From Alphaproteobacteria bacterium (GTDB lineage: Bacteria; Pseudomonadota; Alphaproteobacteria; Bin95): a stretch of DNA of 64,000 bases. Of this stretch, positions 22,606 through 37,464 are shown piece by piece; position 1 is the stretch's first letter; every line of letters starts with the position of its first letter. Both the position numbers and the translations under genes were made by a program. The notes under the pieces were generated by a model. That model made no database searches. It was not told where the DNA came from and saw only the letters and a list, made by a program, of their open reading frames with translations. The stretch lies in assembly GCA_963665325.3 (NCBI GenBank), contig CAXXWS020000002.1:896001-960000 (forward strand), in the 5' to 3' direction.

Positions 22606-23683
22606 TCGCGAGATTGCGTCTGGCGCGGACGCCCGGTATCGGGCCGATCCGCTACTTCGAACTCGTCGAGCGGCTGGGCTCGGCGGAGGCGGCGCTGGAG
22701 GCGCTGCCGGGTTTCGGCTTCCGGCCCCCCTCCGGAAGAAGCGCGGAAGAGGAACTGGAGGCGTTGGACCGCCTCGGCGCAACGCCCGTCTGGTTCGGCG
22801 ACGACGACTATCCGGCGGCGCTTTCGCGGATTGCCGACCCGCCGCCTGTCGTTGCAGCGTTGGGCGACCTCGCGCTGGCTGCGGCGCCGGTTGTCGCCAT
22901 GGTGGGCGCGCGCAACGCCTCCGCAGCCGGTCAGCGCATGGCGGAGCAACTGGCGCGCGCACTCGGCGAGGCCGGATTCACGGTGGTCTCTGGGCTGGCG
23001 CGCGGAATCGACGCGGCCGCCCACAGGGGCGCGCTGGCCAGCGGCACCATCGCTGTGCTGGCCGGTGGCATCGACCGGCCCTACCCGCCGCAGAACCGGG
23101 CCCTGTTCGACGCCATAGCGGCCGAAGGCCTCGCGCTTGCCGAAAACCCGCCAGGATTCCAGGCGCGGGCGCAGGACTTTCCGCGCCGCAACCGCGTTGT
23201 TGCCGGGCTCGCGGCCGGTGTCGTCGTGATCGAGGCGGCGGCTCGGTCCGGATCGTTGATTACGGCGCGTCTGGCCGCCGAGGAAGGGCGCCAGGTGTTC
23301 GCCGTGCCGGGCTCGCCGCTGGACCCGCGCAATGCCGGCGGCCACGACCTGATCCGCAACGGCGCGACGCTTGTCACCGGCGCGGAGGATATAGTCGAAG
23401 CGCTGGCCGACAGCATCGCAGCGCCGCCTCGTGTTCGCCCGACTGCAAGCCGACCGGTTCGCGCCGTAACGCCGCCTCCGCCCCCCGCCGCGCCGTCCGG
23501 CCAGGACGGGCCTGAGGCCGAAGACAGCCTGCTTTCGGCGCTCGGTCCCGTTCCGGTCACAGTTGACGAACTGGCCCGCCGGTGCCACTTGTCGAGCGGC
23601 GCTGTGGCCGCAATGCTGCTCGATCTTGAGTTGGCAGGCCGTGTCGAACGCCATCCTGGACAACGGGTTTCATTGATATCGCG

Positions 23684-23687
<4 letters not shown>
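22602..23687 (+). CDS. dprA: DNA-processing protein DprA
   Basis: VGARNAS, SGLARGID, FPRRNR, SGSLITA, PGSPLDPR. Confidence 0.95.
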
Positions 23688-26304
<2,617 letters not shown>

Positions 26305-26308
<4 letters not shown>

Positions 26309-28380
26309 CGCTCCCCGATCGCGAAAGCCTGCTCGCCTTCGTTGCCGAACGCGGCGGGCCGGTGGATCGCAAGGAGATCGCCCGCGCCTTCCGGCTCAAG
26401 GGTGCGGAGCGGGCAGCGTTGCGCGACCTGTTGCGCGATCTGGAGGATGAGGGCGCGATAGACCGCCGCCGCGGCCGCCGCGTTGCCACGGGACTGCCCG
26501 AGGTAACGGTGGTGGAGGTCGCGGGCCGCACCGACGATGGCGATCTGCTGGCACGCCCTGCCGGCCGCCGGGGCGTGCCCGCGCCGGAGATCGTCGTCGA
26601 CGAGCCGGGTCCGGGCCCGCTTCCGGCCGAAGGCGCCAAGCTACTGGTGCGTCTCAGGCCGGCGGGCGACGGCGGCTATCTGGCCCGCGTGATGCGCCGG
26701 CTGACGGCTGCGCCGGCGGATGTACTGGGCGTCATTTCAGAGGAAGAGGGCGAACTGGTGCTCCGCCCGGCGGACCGCGGCCGGAACAGGGAATTCGCTA
26801 TATCGGAAGCGGCCGGCGCGGAGCCCGGCGATATCGTGCGCGCTTCTGTGCTGCCCGGACGGCGCGGGCCGCGGCGCTCGGTCCGGGTGGTCGAGTGCAT
26901 GGGCCGCCATGACGGTCCGGGCGCGCTCTCGACCCTGACGCTGCTGGAGCACGGCATCGAAGAGCCGTTCCCGCCCGAGGTGCTGGCCGAGGCGGAAGCC
27001 GCGCGGCTTCCGGACCCCGACGGGCGCACGGACCTGACGGGCATGGCGCTGGTGACTGTGGACGACGAGGACGCGCGCGATTTCGACGATGCCGTTTATG
27101 CCGAGCCGGACGAGGACGGCGGCTGGCGCGTGACCGTCGCCATCGCGGATATCGCCAGCTATGTCCGGCCGGGAAGCGCGCTGGACCGGGAGGCCGCGCG
27201 GCGCGGCAATTCGGTCTACCTGCCGGATCGGGCCGTGCCCATGCTGCCCAAGCAGCTTTCCAGCTGGCTCGGCAGCCTCATGCCCGGCGAGGACAGGCCG
27301 TGCCTGGCGGTGGAGCTTCGTGTCGGCCCGGGAGGCGCGCTTCGCGGCCATCGTTTCCGGCGGGCCTGGATGCGGTCTTCGGCGCGGCTCACCTACCGCG
27401 CGCTTCAGGATGCACTGGATGGACCCGATTCGCCCCCGCACCTCGCCCATCTGGAAGGGGCGTTCCGCGCGCTGGAACGCGCGCGGAAGCGGCGCGGCGC
27501 GCTGGAACTCGAACTTCCCGAGCGGAAGATCGTGTTCGACACCGCCGGAAACGCGGTGGCGGTGGACGCGCGCGAGCGGTTGACGGCGCATCGCATCGTC
27601 GAGGAGTTCATGATCGCGGCCAATGTCGCCGCTGCCGAGACGCTGGAGAGCAAGGGCCAGATCTGCATGCGGCGGGTCCACGAGCGGCCCGACCCGGCGC
27701 GAATCGAGGCGATGCGGAGCCTGCTGCGCGATCTGGGCCATCCGGTTTCCTTCGGCGAGTTGCAGCGCCCCGGCCAGTTCAACACCCTGCTCGCGCGGCT
27801 TGCGGGCACACCCTTTGCGGCGCTGGCGCACGAACTGGTGCTGCGCGCCCAGGCCCAGGCCGTTTATACGCCGGAAATGCGCGGGCATTTCGGCCTCGGG
27901 CTTGCGCGCTATGCGCATTTCACCTCGCCGATCCGGCGCTATGCCGACCTGCTCGTACATCGCGCACTGATTGCAGCGCTCGGGCTCGGCGCCGGCGGGC
28001 TGGAAGACGAATCGGGCTTCCACGAGCTGGCCGAGAACCTTTCGACGACCGAGCGCCGCGCCGCGGCGGCAGAGCGCCGGGCGGTGGACCGCTATGCTGC
28101 GGCGGTGCTGGAAAGCCGGGCGGGCGAAGTCTTCGAGGGGCGCATCGTCGGCGTGCAGCGCTTCGGCCTGTTCCTGCGCCTCGCCGGCCAGGGCGCGGAC
28201 GGCATCCTGCCGGTGGGCGCGCTCGGCGGCGAGTATTTCCGCCACGATGCGCGCCGCCACACGCTGGCCGGCAGCGCCACCGGGCGCACATTCAGCCTGG
28301 GCGACACCCTCTCCGTCAGCCTCACGGTAGCCGACCCGGTCAGCGGCGGCGTGGTGCTGGCCTTGGGAGAAGGAGCGTAA
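26305..28380 (+). CDS. rnr: Ribonuclease R
   Basis: DARDFDDA, RGNSVY, EEFMIAAN, HFTSPIRRYAD, S1 domain. Confidence 0.93.
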
Positions 28381-28438
28381 CCGCACTATGCTGCCTCGAC
28401 CCGCCCGATTGTCGATGGCGGCGAGTATGGGGACCGGT

Positions 28439-29440
28439 ATGCGAAGCAAGTTGTTTTCCCTCGTGGCGATCCTGTCGGTCCTGACGACCGCAACGGCATT
28501 CGCCGGAGAGTTCAAACCCGCCGTCGTCTATGACATCGGCAGCAAATTCGACAAGAGCTTCAACGAGAGCGTCTGGAACGGCGTCCAGAAGTTCTCGAAG
28601 GAGACCGGCATCAAGGTCGCCGAGTTTCAGATTACCAACGAAACCCAGCGTGAGCAGGCCATGCGTCGCCTTGTCGAACGCGGCGCGACCATGGTGATCG
28701 CTGTCGGCTTCTCGCAGGCGGACGCAATCGATGCGGTGGCGGCCGAGTTCCCCGACCGCCAGTTCGCGATCATCGACGTCTCGTGGCTCGACCGGCCCAA
28801 TCTGCGCCAGTATGTCTTCAAGGAGCATGAGGGCAGCTACCTGGTCGGCATCGCTGCGGTCATGGCCAGCAAGACCGGCAAGGTCGGCTTCGTCGGCGGC
28901 ATGGACATCCCCCTCATCCGCAAGTTCCAGTGCGGCTATCTCCAGGGCGCGAAGGCCGCGAACGCCGATGTCGAGGTGCTGCAAGCGATGACCGGCACAA
29001 CCCCGGCCGCGTGGAACGACCCGACCAAGGCATCCGAACTGGCCAAGGGGCAGATGGATCGCGGCGCGGACGTCGTCTATCACGCTGCCGGCAGAAGCGG
29101 CCTTGGCGTGATCCAGGCCGCGGCCGATGCCGGCAAGCTCGCCATCGGCGTGGATTCGAACCAGAACGGGCTGGCGCCGGGTTCTGTGCTGACCTCGATG
29201 CTGAAGCGCGTCGATGTCGCCACTTACGAGACGCTGAAGGACGGCCTGACGGGCGAATTCACCGCCGGCGTGCGCAGCCTCGGCCTCGCGGAAGGCGGCG
29301 TGGACTGGGCGCAGGACGAGCACAATGCCGGCCTGCTGACCGACGACCTCAAGGCCGCGGTCGAGGGCGCCAAGGCCGACATCGTGTCGGGCAAGATTCT
29401 TGTCCACGACTATATGAGCGACTCGACCTGCCCCGGTTGA
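28439..29440 (+). CDS. BMP-family ABC substrate-binding protein (nucleoside-type)
   Basis: KFDKSFN, FKEHEGSYL, AIGVDSNQ, TSMLKRVD. Confidence 0.92.
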   Translation: MRSKLFSLVAILSVLTTATAFAGEFKPAVVYDIGSKFDKSFNESVWNGVQKFSKETGIKVAEFQITNETQREQAMRRLVERGATMVIAVGFSQADAIDAVAAEFPDRQFAIIDVSWLDRPNLRQYVFKEHEGSYLVGIAAVMASKTGKVGFVGGMDIPLIRKFQCGYLQGAKAANADVEVLQAMTGTTPAAWNDPTKASELAKGQMDRGADVVYHAAGRSGLGVIQAAADAGKLAIGVDSNQNGLAPGSVLTSMLKRVDVATYETLKDGLTGEFTAGVRSLGLAEGGVDWAQDEHNAGLLTDDLKAAVEGAKADIVSGKILVHDYMSDSTCPG

Positions 29441-29452
29441 GGCGGCGGCCCG

Positions 29453-31006
29453 TTGGCCCGGAACGGCGGCTCGGGCGGGGCTGACGGCCCTGCGGTCCGG
29501 CTTCGGGGCGTCACCAGGCGCTTCGGCGCCGTTCTGGCGAATGACGATGTGGACCTGGACATCCTGCCGGGCACGATCCACGGTATCGTCGGCGAGAACG
29601 GGGCCGGCAAGTCCACGCTCGCCTCGATAATCTACGGCCTCTACACGGCCGACCGGGGCTCCATCGAGATCGACGGCAGGGCGGCGTCCATCCGCAGCCC
29701 GGCGGACGCCATCGCGCTCGGCGTCGGCATGGTCCACCAGCACTTCATGCTGGTGCCGACCTTCACCGTGCTGGAAAACGTCATGCTCGGCATGGAGGGC
29801 GGGTTCCTGCTGGGCAGCGGGGAAGCCGGTATCCGCGCGGAGCTGGAGAGCCTGGGCCGCAGGCACGGCCTTGAGGTGGACCCGGACGCCCTCGTTGACG
29901 ACCTGCCGGTCGGCCTGCGCCAGCGCGTCGAAATCCTGAAGGCGTTGTTTCGCGGCGCCCGCATCCTGATCCTCGACGAGCCGACCGGGGTGCTGACCCC
30001 GGACGAGACGGACCAGCTCTTCGCCGTCCTCAACGCGATCCGCGACGCCGGCGGCACGGTCGTGCTGATTACCCACAAGCTGCGCGAGGTGATGGCGGTC
30101 TGCGACACGGTCTCGGTGATGCGCCACGGCAGGCTGGCCGGCCAACGCAGCGCGGCGGACACGACGACCGGCGAACTCGCCGAGCTCATGGTCGGGCGCA
30201 AGGTCGGCCAGCCGGCGCGGCCGCCCGAAGGCGCAGTGCGAACCCCGGTCCTGCGGGCCTCGGGGCTGGGCTGGAAGAGCGCTGCCGGCGCCGTGCGCCT
30301 GGAGGGAGTCGACCTGGAGTTGCGGGCCGGCGAGATACTCGGCGTGGCCGGCGTCTCGGGCAACGGCCAGTCCGAACTGCTCGACATCCTGTCCGCCATG
30401 TCGCCTGTGCAGGAGGGGTATATCGACTTCGCCGGGCGGCGGATCGACGCGGCCCATCCGGCGACGCCTGCGGAAATGCGCGCGCTCGGGCTGGCGCATG
30501 TCCCGGAAGACCGCCAGCAGCGGGGGCTGGTCCTGCCGTTCGAAGCTCGGGAAAACGCCGTGCTGGGCAGGCCGGAGAGCGCCGGGCCCGGTCTGTGGAC
30601 GAGCGGCGCGGCGATGCAGGCGCATGCCGAGCTGCTGATCGCGCGCTTCGATATCCGTCCGCCGGAGCCGGGACTGCCGGCGGCGGGGTTTTCCGGCGGC
30701 AACCAGCAGAAGATCGTGCTGGCGCGGGAGTTCGACGGCGTGCCCCATGTGCTGCTCCTCGGCCAGCCGACGCGCGGCGTCGATGTCGGCACCATCGAGA
30801 CCATCCATGCGCAGGTCCTGGCGCTGAAGGAACAAGGCTCGGCCATCCTGCTGGTATCGACGGAACTCGACGAGATACTCGCGCTCGCCGACCGGATCGT
30901 GGCGATGAATGCCGGGCGCGTGACCGGTACAATTGCGGCGGAAGGCGCGACGCCGAGGCAGCTTGGGCTGATGATGACCGGCGCCGGCGACGGGGCCGCG
31001 GTGTGA
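29453..31006 (+). CDS. ABC transporter ATP-binding protein (double ATPase)
   Basis: GENGAGKST, LDEPT, SGGNQQK, QPTRGVD. Confidence 0.94.
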   Translation: MARNGGSGGADGPAVRLRGVTRRFGAVLANDDVDLDILPGTIHGIVGENGAGKSTLASIIYGLYTADRGSIEIDGRAASIRSPADAIALGVGMVHQHFMLVPTFTVLENVMLGMEGGFLLGSGEAGIRAELESLGRRHGLEVDPDALVDDLPVGLRQRVEILKALFRGARILILDEPTGVLTPDETDQLFAVLNAIRDAGGTVVLITHKLREVMAVCDTVSVMRHGRLAGQRSAADTTTGELAELMVGRKVGQPARPPEGAVRTPVLRASGLGWKSAAGAVRLEGVDLELRAGEILGVAGVSGNGQSELLDILSAMSPVQEGYIDFAGRRIDAAHPATPAEMRALGLAHVPEDRQQRGLVLPFEARENAVLGRPESAGPGLWTSGAAMQAHAELLIARFDIRPPEPGLPAAGFSGGNQQKIVLAREFDGVPHVLLLGQPTRGVDVGTIETIHAQVLALKEQGSAILLVSTELDEILALADRIVAMNAGRVTGTIAAEGATPRQLGLMMTGAGDGAAV

Positions 31007-32097
31007 CGGCGCTCCCGCGCTGGCTCGACATCGGCGTCCTTCCGGTCGTCAACCTCGTGCTTGCACTGCTGGCGGCGGCGGTCGTGGTCGCGCTGGTCGG
31101 CGAGAACCCGCTGGAGGTCTTCGCGGTTCTCCTGCAAGGGGCGTTTTCGCCGGGATCGCTCGGCTACACGCTCTACTACGCGACCAATTTCATGTTCACC
31201 GGCCTCGCAGCCGCGCTCGCCTTCCAGGCCCGGCTGTTCAATATCGGGGCGGAGGGGCAGGCGATGCTTGGCGGTCTCGGCGTCGCGCTTGTCTGCCTTG
31301 CGCTGGAACCGGTCCTGCCGGGCTACCTCGTTGCTCTTGTCGCGATCGCCGCCGCCGCACTCTTCGGCGCTGCCTGGGCCGTCGTGCCGGGCTGGCTGCA
31401 GGCATACCGGGGCAGCCACATCGTCATCACCACCATCATGTTCAACTTCCTCGCCTCCGGGCTCATGGTCTGGCTGCTTTCGGGGCCGATGATGCGCCCC
31501 GGCCAAGGCTCGCCGCAGACCCGGCTGTTCGGCGAGGCCGTGCGCCTGCCGGCGATCCACGACTTCCTTCGCGGCCTCGGCTTCGAGGCCGCCCGCTCGC
31601 CGCTCAACCTTTCCTTCCTGTTCGCGCTGCTCGCCTGCGCGGCCGTCTGGGTGCTGATCTGGCGCACCAAGTTCGGCTACGCGCTGCGGGCCATTGGCCA
31701 CAGCGAGGAGGCGGCGCGCTATGCCGGCATTCCCGTCCGGCGCGCGACGGTCGTCGCGATGGCACTTTCGGGCGCGCTCGCGGGCTGCATGGCGCTCAAC
31801 GAGGTGCTCGGTGTGCAGCACAAGCTGGTGCTCAACTTCTCCGCCGGATACGGCTTCACCGGCATCGCGGTTGCGCTGATGGGCCGTAACCATCCCCTCG
31901 GCATACTGGCGGCGAGCCTGCTCTTCGGCGCGCTCTTCCAGGGCGGCGCGGAGCTTAACTTCGAGTTCGAGACCGTCACTCACGAACTGGCGCTGGTGAT
32001 CCAGGGGCTGGTCATCCTGTTCTCCGGCGCGCTCGCCTACATGTTCACGCCCTGGCTGGCGCGCCTGCTCCTGATGCGGAGCGCCGCGCATGGCTGA
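31003..32097 (+). CDS. ABC transporter permease
   Basis: FNIGAEGQ, GYGFTGIAVALMGRNHP. Confidence 0.92.
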   Translation: MTALPRWLDIGVLPVVNLVLALLAAAVVVALVGENPLEVFAVLLQGAFSPGSLGYTLYYATNFMFTGLAAALAFQARLFNIGAEGQAMLGGLGVALVCLALEPVLPGYLVALVAIAAAALFGAAWAVVPGWLQAYRGSHIVITTIMFNFLASGLMVWLLSGPMMRPGQGSPQTRLFGEAVRLPAIHDFLRGLGFEAARSPLNLSFLFALLACAAVWVLIWRTKFGYALRAIGHSEEAARYAGIPVRRATVVAMALSGALAGCMALNEVLGVQHKLVLNFSAGYGFTGIAVALMGRNHPLGILAASLLFGALFQGGAELNFEFETVTHELALVIQGLVILFSGALAYMFTPWLARLLLMRSAAHG

Positions 32098-33064
32098 GAC
32101 ATGGATCGACATTCTCGCAGTCCTCGACGGCACGGCCCGCCTCGCCACGCCGCTCATCCTCTGCGCCATGGCGGGCCTGGTGTCCGAGCGGTCCGGTATC
32201 GTGGACATCGGCCTGGAGGGCAAGCTGCTCATGGGCGCCTTCGCCGCGGCGGCGGTGGCGGCGCTGACGGGGTCTCCCTGGGCGGGGCTGGCCGCCTCGC
32301 TCGCGGCTTCCGTCTCGCTGGCGCTCGTTCATGGCTTCGCCTGCATCACCCATCGCGGCGAGCAGATCGTCTCCGGGGTCGCCGTGAACATCCTCGCACT
32401 CGGCATGACCGTGGTGGTGGCGAACGCGCTCTTTCGCCATGGCGGCCACACGCCTTCGCTCGGCGCGGAGGAGCGGTTTTCGGCCATCTTCCTGCCTTTG
32501 TCGGAGACCCTGCGCGAGGTTCCGGTCCTCGGCCCGCTCTATGCGGAGCTGGTGTCCGGCCACAATCTGCTGGTCTATGCGGCCTTCCTCTCCGTCGCGC
32601 TGGTCTGGTGGCTGGTCTGGCGCACCCGCTTCGGCCTGCGCCTGCGCGCAGCCGGCGAACTGCCCGAAGCCGTGGACAGCGCCGGCGTTTCGGTGTCGGC
32701 GCTGCGCTATCGCGGCATACTGATCGCCGGCCTGCTCTGCGGCCTCGCCGGCGCTTACCTGTCGATCGCCCACGGCGCGGGCTTTGTGCGGGAGATGAGC
32801 GCGGGCAAGGGCTTCCTCGCGCTGGCCGCATTGATCTTCGGGCGCTGGAGGCCGCTGCCGGTGCTCTTCGCCTGCCTGCTGTTCGGTCTGTTGGACACCG
32901 TCGCGCCGAGGCTCCAGGGCATGGACCTGCCGCTGATCGGCCCCGCCCCCGTGGCGCTGGTCTCGGTGCTGCCCTACGCGATGACGGTCGTGCTGCTCGC
33001 CGGCTTCTTCGGCCGCGCCGTCCCGCCCCGCGCCCTCGGTCGCCCTTTCGTCAAGGAACACTGA
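32090..33064 (+). CDS. ABC transporter permease
   Basis: [30 protein letters not shown]. Confidence 0.92.
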   Translation: MAETWIDILAVLDGTARLATPLILCAMAGLVSERSGIVDIGLEGKLLMGAFAAAAVAALTGSPWAGLAASLAASVSLALVHGFACITHRGEQIVSGVAVNILALGMTVVVANALFRHGGHTPSLGAEERFSAIFLPLSETLREVPVLGPLYAELVSGHNLLVYAAFLSVALVWWLVWRTRFGLRLRAAGELPEAVDSAGVSVSALRYRGILIAGLLCGLAGAYLSIAHGAGFVREMSAGKGFLALAALIFGRWRPLPVLFACLLFGLLDTVAPRLQGMDLPLIGPAPVALVSVLPYAMTVVLLAGFFGRAVPPRALGRPFVKEH

Positions 33065-33131
33065 CAGCGGCCGCTTCCGGGGCGCGGGCGTGGGCGCTAT
33101 GTTCGGCGCATCGGAGGAGGAGGGGCCGGAC

Positions 33132-34247
33132 ATGCCCGCCAACAAGAAGATGCTCATTCTCGCCGGCGACGGCATCGGCCCGGAGGTCGTGGGGCAGGTG
33201 CGCCGCGTGGTGGACTGGATGGACCGGCGCCGCCATGTCTCCTTCGATATCGCGGAAGGGCTGGTGGGGGGTGCTGCCATCGACGCGCACGGCCTGCCGC
33301 TCACCGACGAGACGCTCGCCGATGCCGTGGCCTCGGACGGCGTGCTGTTCGGCTCGGTCGGCGGCCCGAAATGGGAGACGCTGCCCTTCGACGTCCAGCC
33401 TGAGCGCGGCCTGCTGCGCTTGCGCAAGGAGATGGACCTGTTCGCCAATCTCCGCCCGGCCATCGTGTTCGACGCTCTGGCGGACGCCTCATCGCTCAAG
33501 CGCGAGCTCGTCTCCGGCCTTGACATCATGATCCTGCGCGAGCTGACGGGCGGCATCTATTTCGGCGAGCCGCGCGGTATCGAGGACCTGGGCGGCGGCA
33601 TAAGGCGCGGCATCAACACGCAGGTCTATACGACGCCCGAGGTCGAGCGCGTCGCCAGGGTCGGCTTCGAGCTCGCCCGCAAGCGCTCGAACCGCGTCAT
33701 GTCGGTCGAGAAGGCCAATGTCATGGAGAGCGGCGTGATGTGGCGCGAGGACGTCCAGCGCATCCATGACGACGAGTTCCCCGATGTCGAGCTCGCGCAC
33801 ATGTATGCGGACAACTGCGCCATGCAGCTCGTCCGCAATCCCAAGCAGTTCGATGTCATCGTCACCGACAATCTGTTCGGCGACCTGCTGTCGGACTGCG
33901 CGGCGATGCTGACCGGCTCGCTCGGCATGCTGCCCTCGGCCTCGCTCGGCGCGGAGGATGCCACCACGGGCCGGCGCCTCTCGCTCTATGAGCCCGTGCA
34001 TGGCAGCGCTCCCGACATCGCCGGGCAGGACCGTGCCAACCCGCTCGCCGAACTGCTCTCCTTCTCGATGATGCTGCGCTACAGTTTCGACATGGGCGAG
34101 GACGCGGACCTGGTGGACGGCGCGGTCGAGAACGTGCTTGCCGCGGGCGTGCGCACCGCCGATATCGCGGGAGAGGGCCAGCAGCCTGTCTCCTGCTCCG
34201 CCATGGGCGACGCCGTGCTCGCCGAACTGGACAGGTTGGCGGCGTGA
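33132..34247 (+). CDS. leuB: 3-isopropylmalate dehydrogenase
   Basis: [40 protein letters not shown]. Confidence 0.97.
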   Translation: MPANKKMLILAGDGIGPEVVGQVRRVVDWMDRRRHVSFDIAEGLVGGAAIDAHGLPLTDETLADAVASDGVLFGSVGGPKWETLPFDVQPERGLLRLRKEMDLFANLRPAIVFDALADASSLKRELVSGLDIMILRELTGGIYFGEPRGIEDLGGGIRRGINTQVYTTPEVERVARVGFELARKRSNRVMSVEKANVMESGVMWREDVQRIHDDEFPDVELAHMYADNCAMQLVRNPKQFDVIVTDNLFGDLLSDCAAMLTGSLGMLPSASLGAEDATTGRRLSLYEPVHGSAPDIAGQDRANPLAELLSFSMMLRYSFDMGEDADLVDGAVENVLAAGVRTADIAGEGQQPVSCSAMGDAVLAELDRLAA

Positions 34248-34789
34248 GTCGTCCCTGGGTAGAAAGGCGCGAACGCCTGCTGCGCGGCTCGCTGGGGCGT
34301 GTGGGTCGGCCGAAACGCCTGCCGGACTGGTGGCCCCGGGCCAGGGCGCTGCTGCAGCAGGGCCATTCCCTGAAGTCGGTCGGCGAGACGGTGGGTGTCT
34401 CCCGCCAAAGGGTCCAGCAGATAGCCAGCAAGGCCGAGGGCATGGGGGAGACTACCGGGCGGCGGCGGCACAACCCCCCCGCGCCGAGGCCTTGCGCCCA
34501 ATGCGGGACCCTGTTCCGGCCTCACGGCGAGAAGGCCGCCTATTGTTCCCGGCAATGCGCCGGCCGGGCCCGGGGCGAAAGGGCCCTCTCCGATGAAACG
34601 GTCCGGCGCGCATTCGACCTGCGCTGCGCCGGAAAGTCGTTCTGGGAAATCGCCGACATCCTGAGCATCCTGCCGGACCGGCCGCGACAGGCCCGCCAGA
34701 CCCGGGCACGGCACTATGTCCTCGCATGGACCCGGCGGGCAGGCCTCGACATGCCCGAAGCACCGGCCAAGCGCGGTTCATCCCGGTAG
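34244..34789 (+). CDS. Putative DNA-binding protein (HTH + C4 Zn-finger + HTH)
   Basis: [23 protein letters not shown]...[17 protein letters not shown]; GTGA overlap with leuB stop. Confidence 0.65.
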   Translation: MSRPWVERRERLLRGSLGRVGRPKRLPDWWPRARALLQQGHSLKSVGETVGVSRQRVQQIASKAEGMGETTGRRRHNPPAPRPCAQCGTLFRPHGEKAAYCSRQCAGRARGERALSDETVRRAFDLRCAGKSFWEIADILSILPDRPRQARQTRARHYVLAWTRRAGLDMPEAPAKRGSSR

Positions 34790-35062
34790 CCGGCCGGGCG
34801 ACGATTGAGGCTTTGCGGACGAGCCCGTTTCGACCCGAATGGATCGTTCCTACCCGAACCCTGTCAATCGGCTTTCAATAATGACCCCCTATCGGCGTGC
34901 AAAATTGACCCCCTGAGAGGCACGGTGGAGGTTGTCCCGGTAGTCAATAGGGGGGACCCGCGCGGCTTCGTGTAGCGTCTCACGCTACGCGGAGCGAAGC
35001 CGCGTGGGGGGTCCCTGTTGACCCACCGGGGCAACCGGGCCGCAGGGGAGGCCGGCGGCGGG

Positions 35063-35791
35063 TCAGGAGCGGTTCTTGAAGCGCCAGCTCTCGTTGCCGG
35101 TCTCGATGATCTCGCAATGGTGGGTGAGACGATCGAGCAACGCCGTGGTCATCTTGGGATCGCCGAAGACGGACGGCCACTCGCCGAAGGCGAGGTTGGT
35201 GGTGATGACGATCGAGGTTCGCTCGTAGAGCCGGCTCATGAGGTGGAAGAGGAGCTGTCCGCCGGCTTGGGCGAAGGGCAGGTAGCCGAGTTCGTCGAGG
35301 ATGACGAAGTCGCGTCGGACGAGCTGGTCTGCGGTGCGGCCCTGGCGCCCGGCACGGAGTTCGGCCTCGAGGTGGTTCACCAGGTCGACGACGTTGTAGC
35401 AGCGGCCACGGGCGCCCTTGCGGATGCAGGAGCGCGCGACGGCGACGGCGAGATGGGTCTTGCCGGTGCCGGTGCCGCCGACCAGGACGATGTTGCGCTG
35501 GCCCTCGAGGAAGCCGCCGCCGGCGAGCTCCTGGATCAGGGGCTCGTTGACCGGCGAGCCGGCGAAGTCGAAGTCGGCCAGTTCCTTGGCCGTGGGCAGC
35601 TTGGCGGACGCCATCTGGTACTTGATCGAGCGTGCCCTCTTGTCGGCGATCTCGACCTGCAGCAGCGTACCGATGATCTGCTGCACCGGATGACGGCGCT
35701 TGAGCCCGTCGGCGAGGATGTCGTCATAGGCGGCTCGCATGCCTGCGAGCTTCAGCTGGGTCATCATCTCCAGCACATCATGACGCTCCAT
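35063..35791 (-). CDS. istB: IS21 helper ATPase
   Basis: GGTGTGKTH Walker [20 protein letters not shown]. Confidence 0.95.
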   Translation of the reverse strand: MERHDVLEMMTQLKLAGMRAAYDDILADGLKRRHPVQQIIGTLLQVEIADKRARSIKYQMASAKLPTAKELADFDFAGSPVNEPLIQELAGGGFLEGQRNIVLVGGTGTGKTHLAVAVARSCIRKGARGRCYNVVDLVNHLEAELRAGRQGRTADQLVRRDFVILDELGYLPFAQAGGQLLFHLMSRLYERTSIVITTNLAFGEWPSVFGDPKMTTALLDRLTHHCEIIETGNESWRFKNRS

Positions 35792-37292
35792 GACCGGCCT
35801 CCCTCAGGCTGTCGTAGCGCTGACAGTCGGCCACCGGCTGGTGGCGGAGCTTCAGGCCCTCGGGCGTCGGGATGATTGCCGGCGGTGCCGGCTGGCGCTG
35901 CCGGGCGAGGATGTTGAGCACGACGTCGGCGCTGCAGGCGCCGCAGGCGAGCGCCTCGGCGCAGGCCGCCTCGACCGCCTCCAGCCCGTCCTCCAGCACC
36001 GCCGCGAGGATCTTGACGAACTGCCGGTCGCCGTCGTCGTGGCCGGCGAGCCGGGTTCGCAGGCGGCCCAGCGCGTTGGGCAACTGCCAGTCCTTGAAGG
36101 GTGCGCCGTTCCTCAGTGCGCCGGGCTTCCTCGTCAGGATCGGCACGTAATGCCACGGATCGTAGACGAACCGACCGCGCCCGAAGCTCCGGGGATGCTC
36201 GGCGACGATCTCGCCGTCCTGGCGGATGACGATCCGCTCGGCATAGGCCCGCACGTCCACCGGCCGTCCCACCGCGCGGGCAGAGACGCTGTACTGGTTG
36301 TTGTCGAAGCGCACCAGGCAGGTCTTCGAGACTGACACCTCGCTGGCATGGAAGCCGTCGAAGGGACCGCGGTATGCCATCAGGAAGGGCCGCTCCTCCT
36401 CGAATACCTGCCACACCGTCTTGCCCTCGATCGTCGGATGCGGCTGCTTCCTGGCCTCCTCGATGCACCGATCCATCAGCCACTCGTTGATCTCGGTGTA
36501 GGAGCGGCCCCGCGGGCTGCGCGCGAACAGACGCCCGCGAAGGTCTCCCACCTGCTTCTCAACCTGCCCCTTCTCCCAGCCCGCCCCTGGCGTGCACGCC
36601 ACTGGCTCCACCAGATGGTGCGAGCACATCTCCTGGAAGCGGCGGTTGTAGGCACGCTCCTTGCCGACGAAGATCGTGTTCACCGCCGTCTTCATGTTGT
36701 CGTAGATGCCCCGTCGGCAGACCCCGCCGAAGAAGCGGAAGGCACGCTCGTGCGCCTCAAAGACCATCTCCTGGCTCTCGCGGGGAAAGATCTGCACCAG
36801 ATACATGCGGCTGTGGCACAGCCGCATGTGCGCCGCCTTCACCTTGGTCGTCGCTCCCGCCAGACGCGCATACTCGTGGCTCCAGTCGAACTGGTAGGCC
36901 TCGCCCGGATCGAAGATCAGCGGCACATAGGCCTGCGACGGCGATAACAGACGGCGTCGGCGCCGCCACGCCCTGGCGTAGCGCCGGACCGCGTCATAGC
37001 CGCCCTTGTAGCCCAGCTCGCCAAGGTCCTCATGGATCTGCAGCAGGGACAGGCGATCCCGGCGCTTCTTCTTCTCGTTGGCCTCCAGCTGGCGCTCAAG
37101 CTCTGCCACCCAAGGCCCAAGCTTCGGCATCGGCTGGATCTTGCGCTCATAGCTGTGCGAGGTCGTATCGCCCCGAACCACCTTGCGTATCGTGTTCTTC
37201 GAAACCCTCAAATCCCGCGCCAGCTTCTTGATCGGAACGCCCTTCACCAGATGATCCCGACGGATCCGCGCTATCGTCTCCACAACCAGCAT
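35778..37292 (-). CDS. istA: IS21 DDE transposase
   Basis: [25 protein letters not shown]. Confidence 0.95.
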   Translation of the reverse strand: MLVVETIARIRRDHLVKGVPIKKLARDLRVSKNTIRKVVRGDTTSHSYERKIQPMPKLGPWVAELERQLEANEKKKRRDRLSLLQIHEDLGELGYKGGYDAVRRYARAWRRRRRLLSPSQAYVPLIFDPGEAYQFDWSHEYARLAGATTKVKAAHMRLCHSRMYLVQIFPRESQEMVFEAHERAFRFFGGVCRRGIYDNMKTAVNTIFVGKERAYNRRFQEMCSHHLVEPVACTPGAGWEKGQVEKQVGDLRGRLFARSPRGRSYTEINEWLMDRCIEEARKQPHPTIEGKTVWQVFEEERPFLMAYRGPFDGFHASEVSVSKTCLVRFDNNQYSVSARAVGRPVDVRAYAERIVIRQDGEIVAEHPRSFGRGRFVYDPWHYVPILTRKPGALRNGAPFKDWQLPNALGRLRTRLAGHDDGDRQFVKILAAVLEDGLEAVEAACAEALACGACSADVVLNILARQRQPAPPAIIPTPEGLKLRHQPVADCQRYDSLREAGHGAS

Positions 37293-37464
37293 CTCCCCCA
37301 CCCCGTCCGTCCAACGACAGGGCGTGTTCATGGACACAATCCATGGGGGGTCAATTTTGGACGCCGATAACCCCCAACAGGGGGTCAATCTTCCACGCTT
37401 AACAACACGAACCCCTCTGTCGCGGGCCAACGGACCGGCAGGATCGGGCAAGGTCGACCGGGAC

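Larger units (their letters stand above)
34862..37407 (-). mobile_element. IS21-family insertion sequence
   Basis: TGT...ACA ends, repeated TGACCCCC motifs at both ends, 7-bp target duplication CGAACCC (34855-34861 / 37408-37414), istA-istB. Confidence 0.93.
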
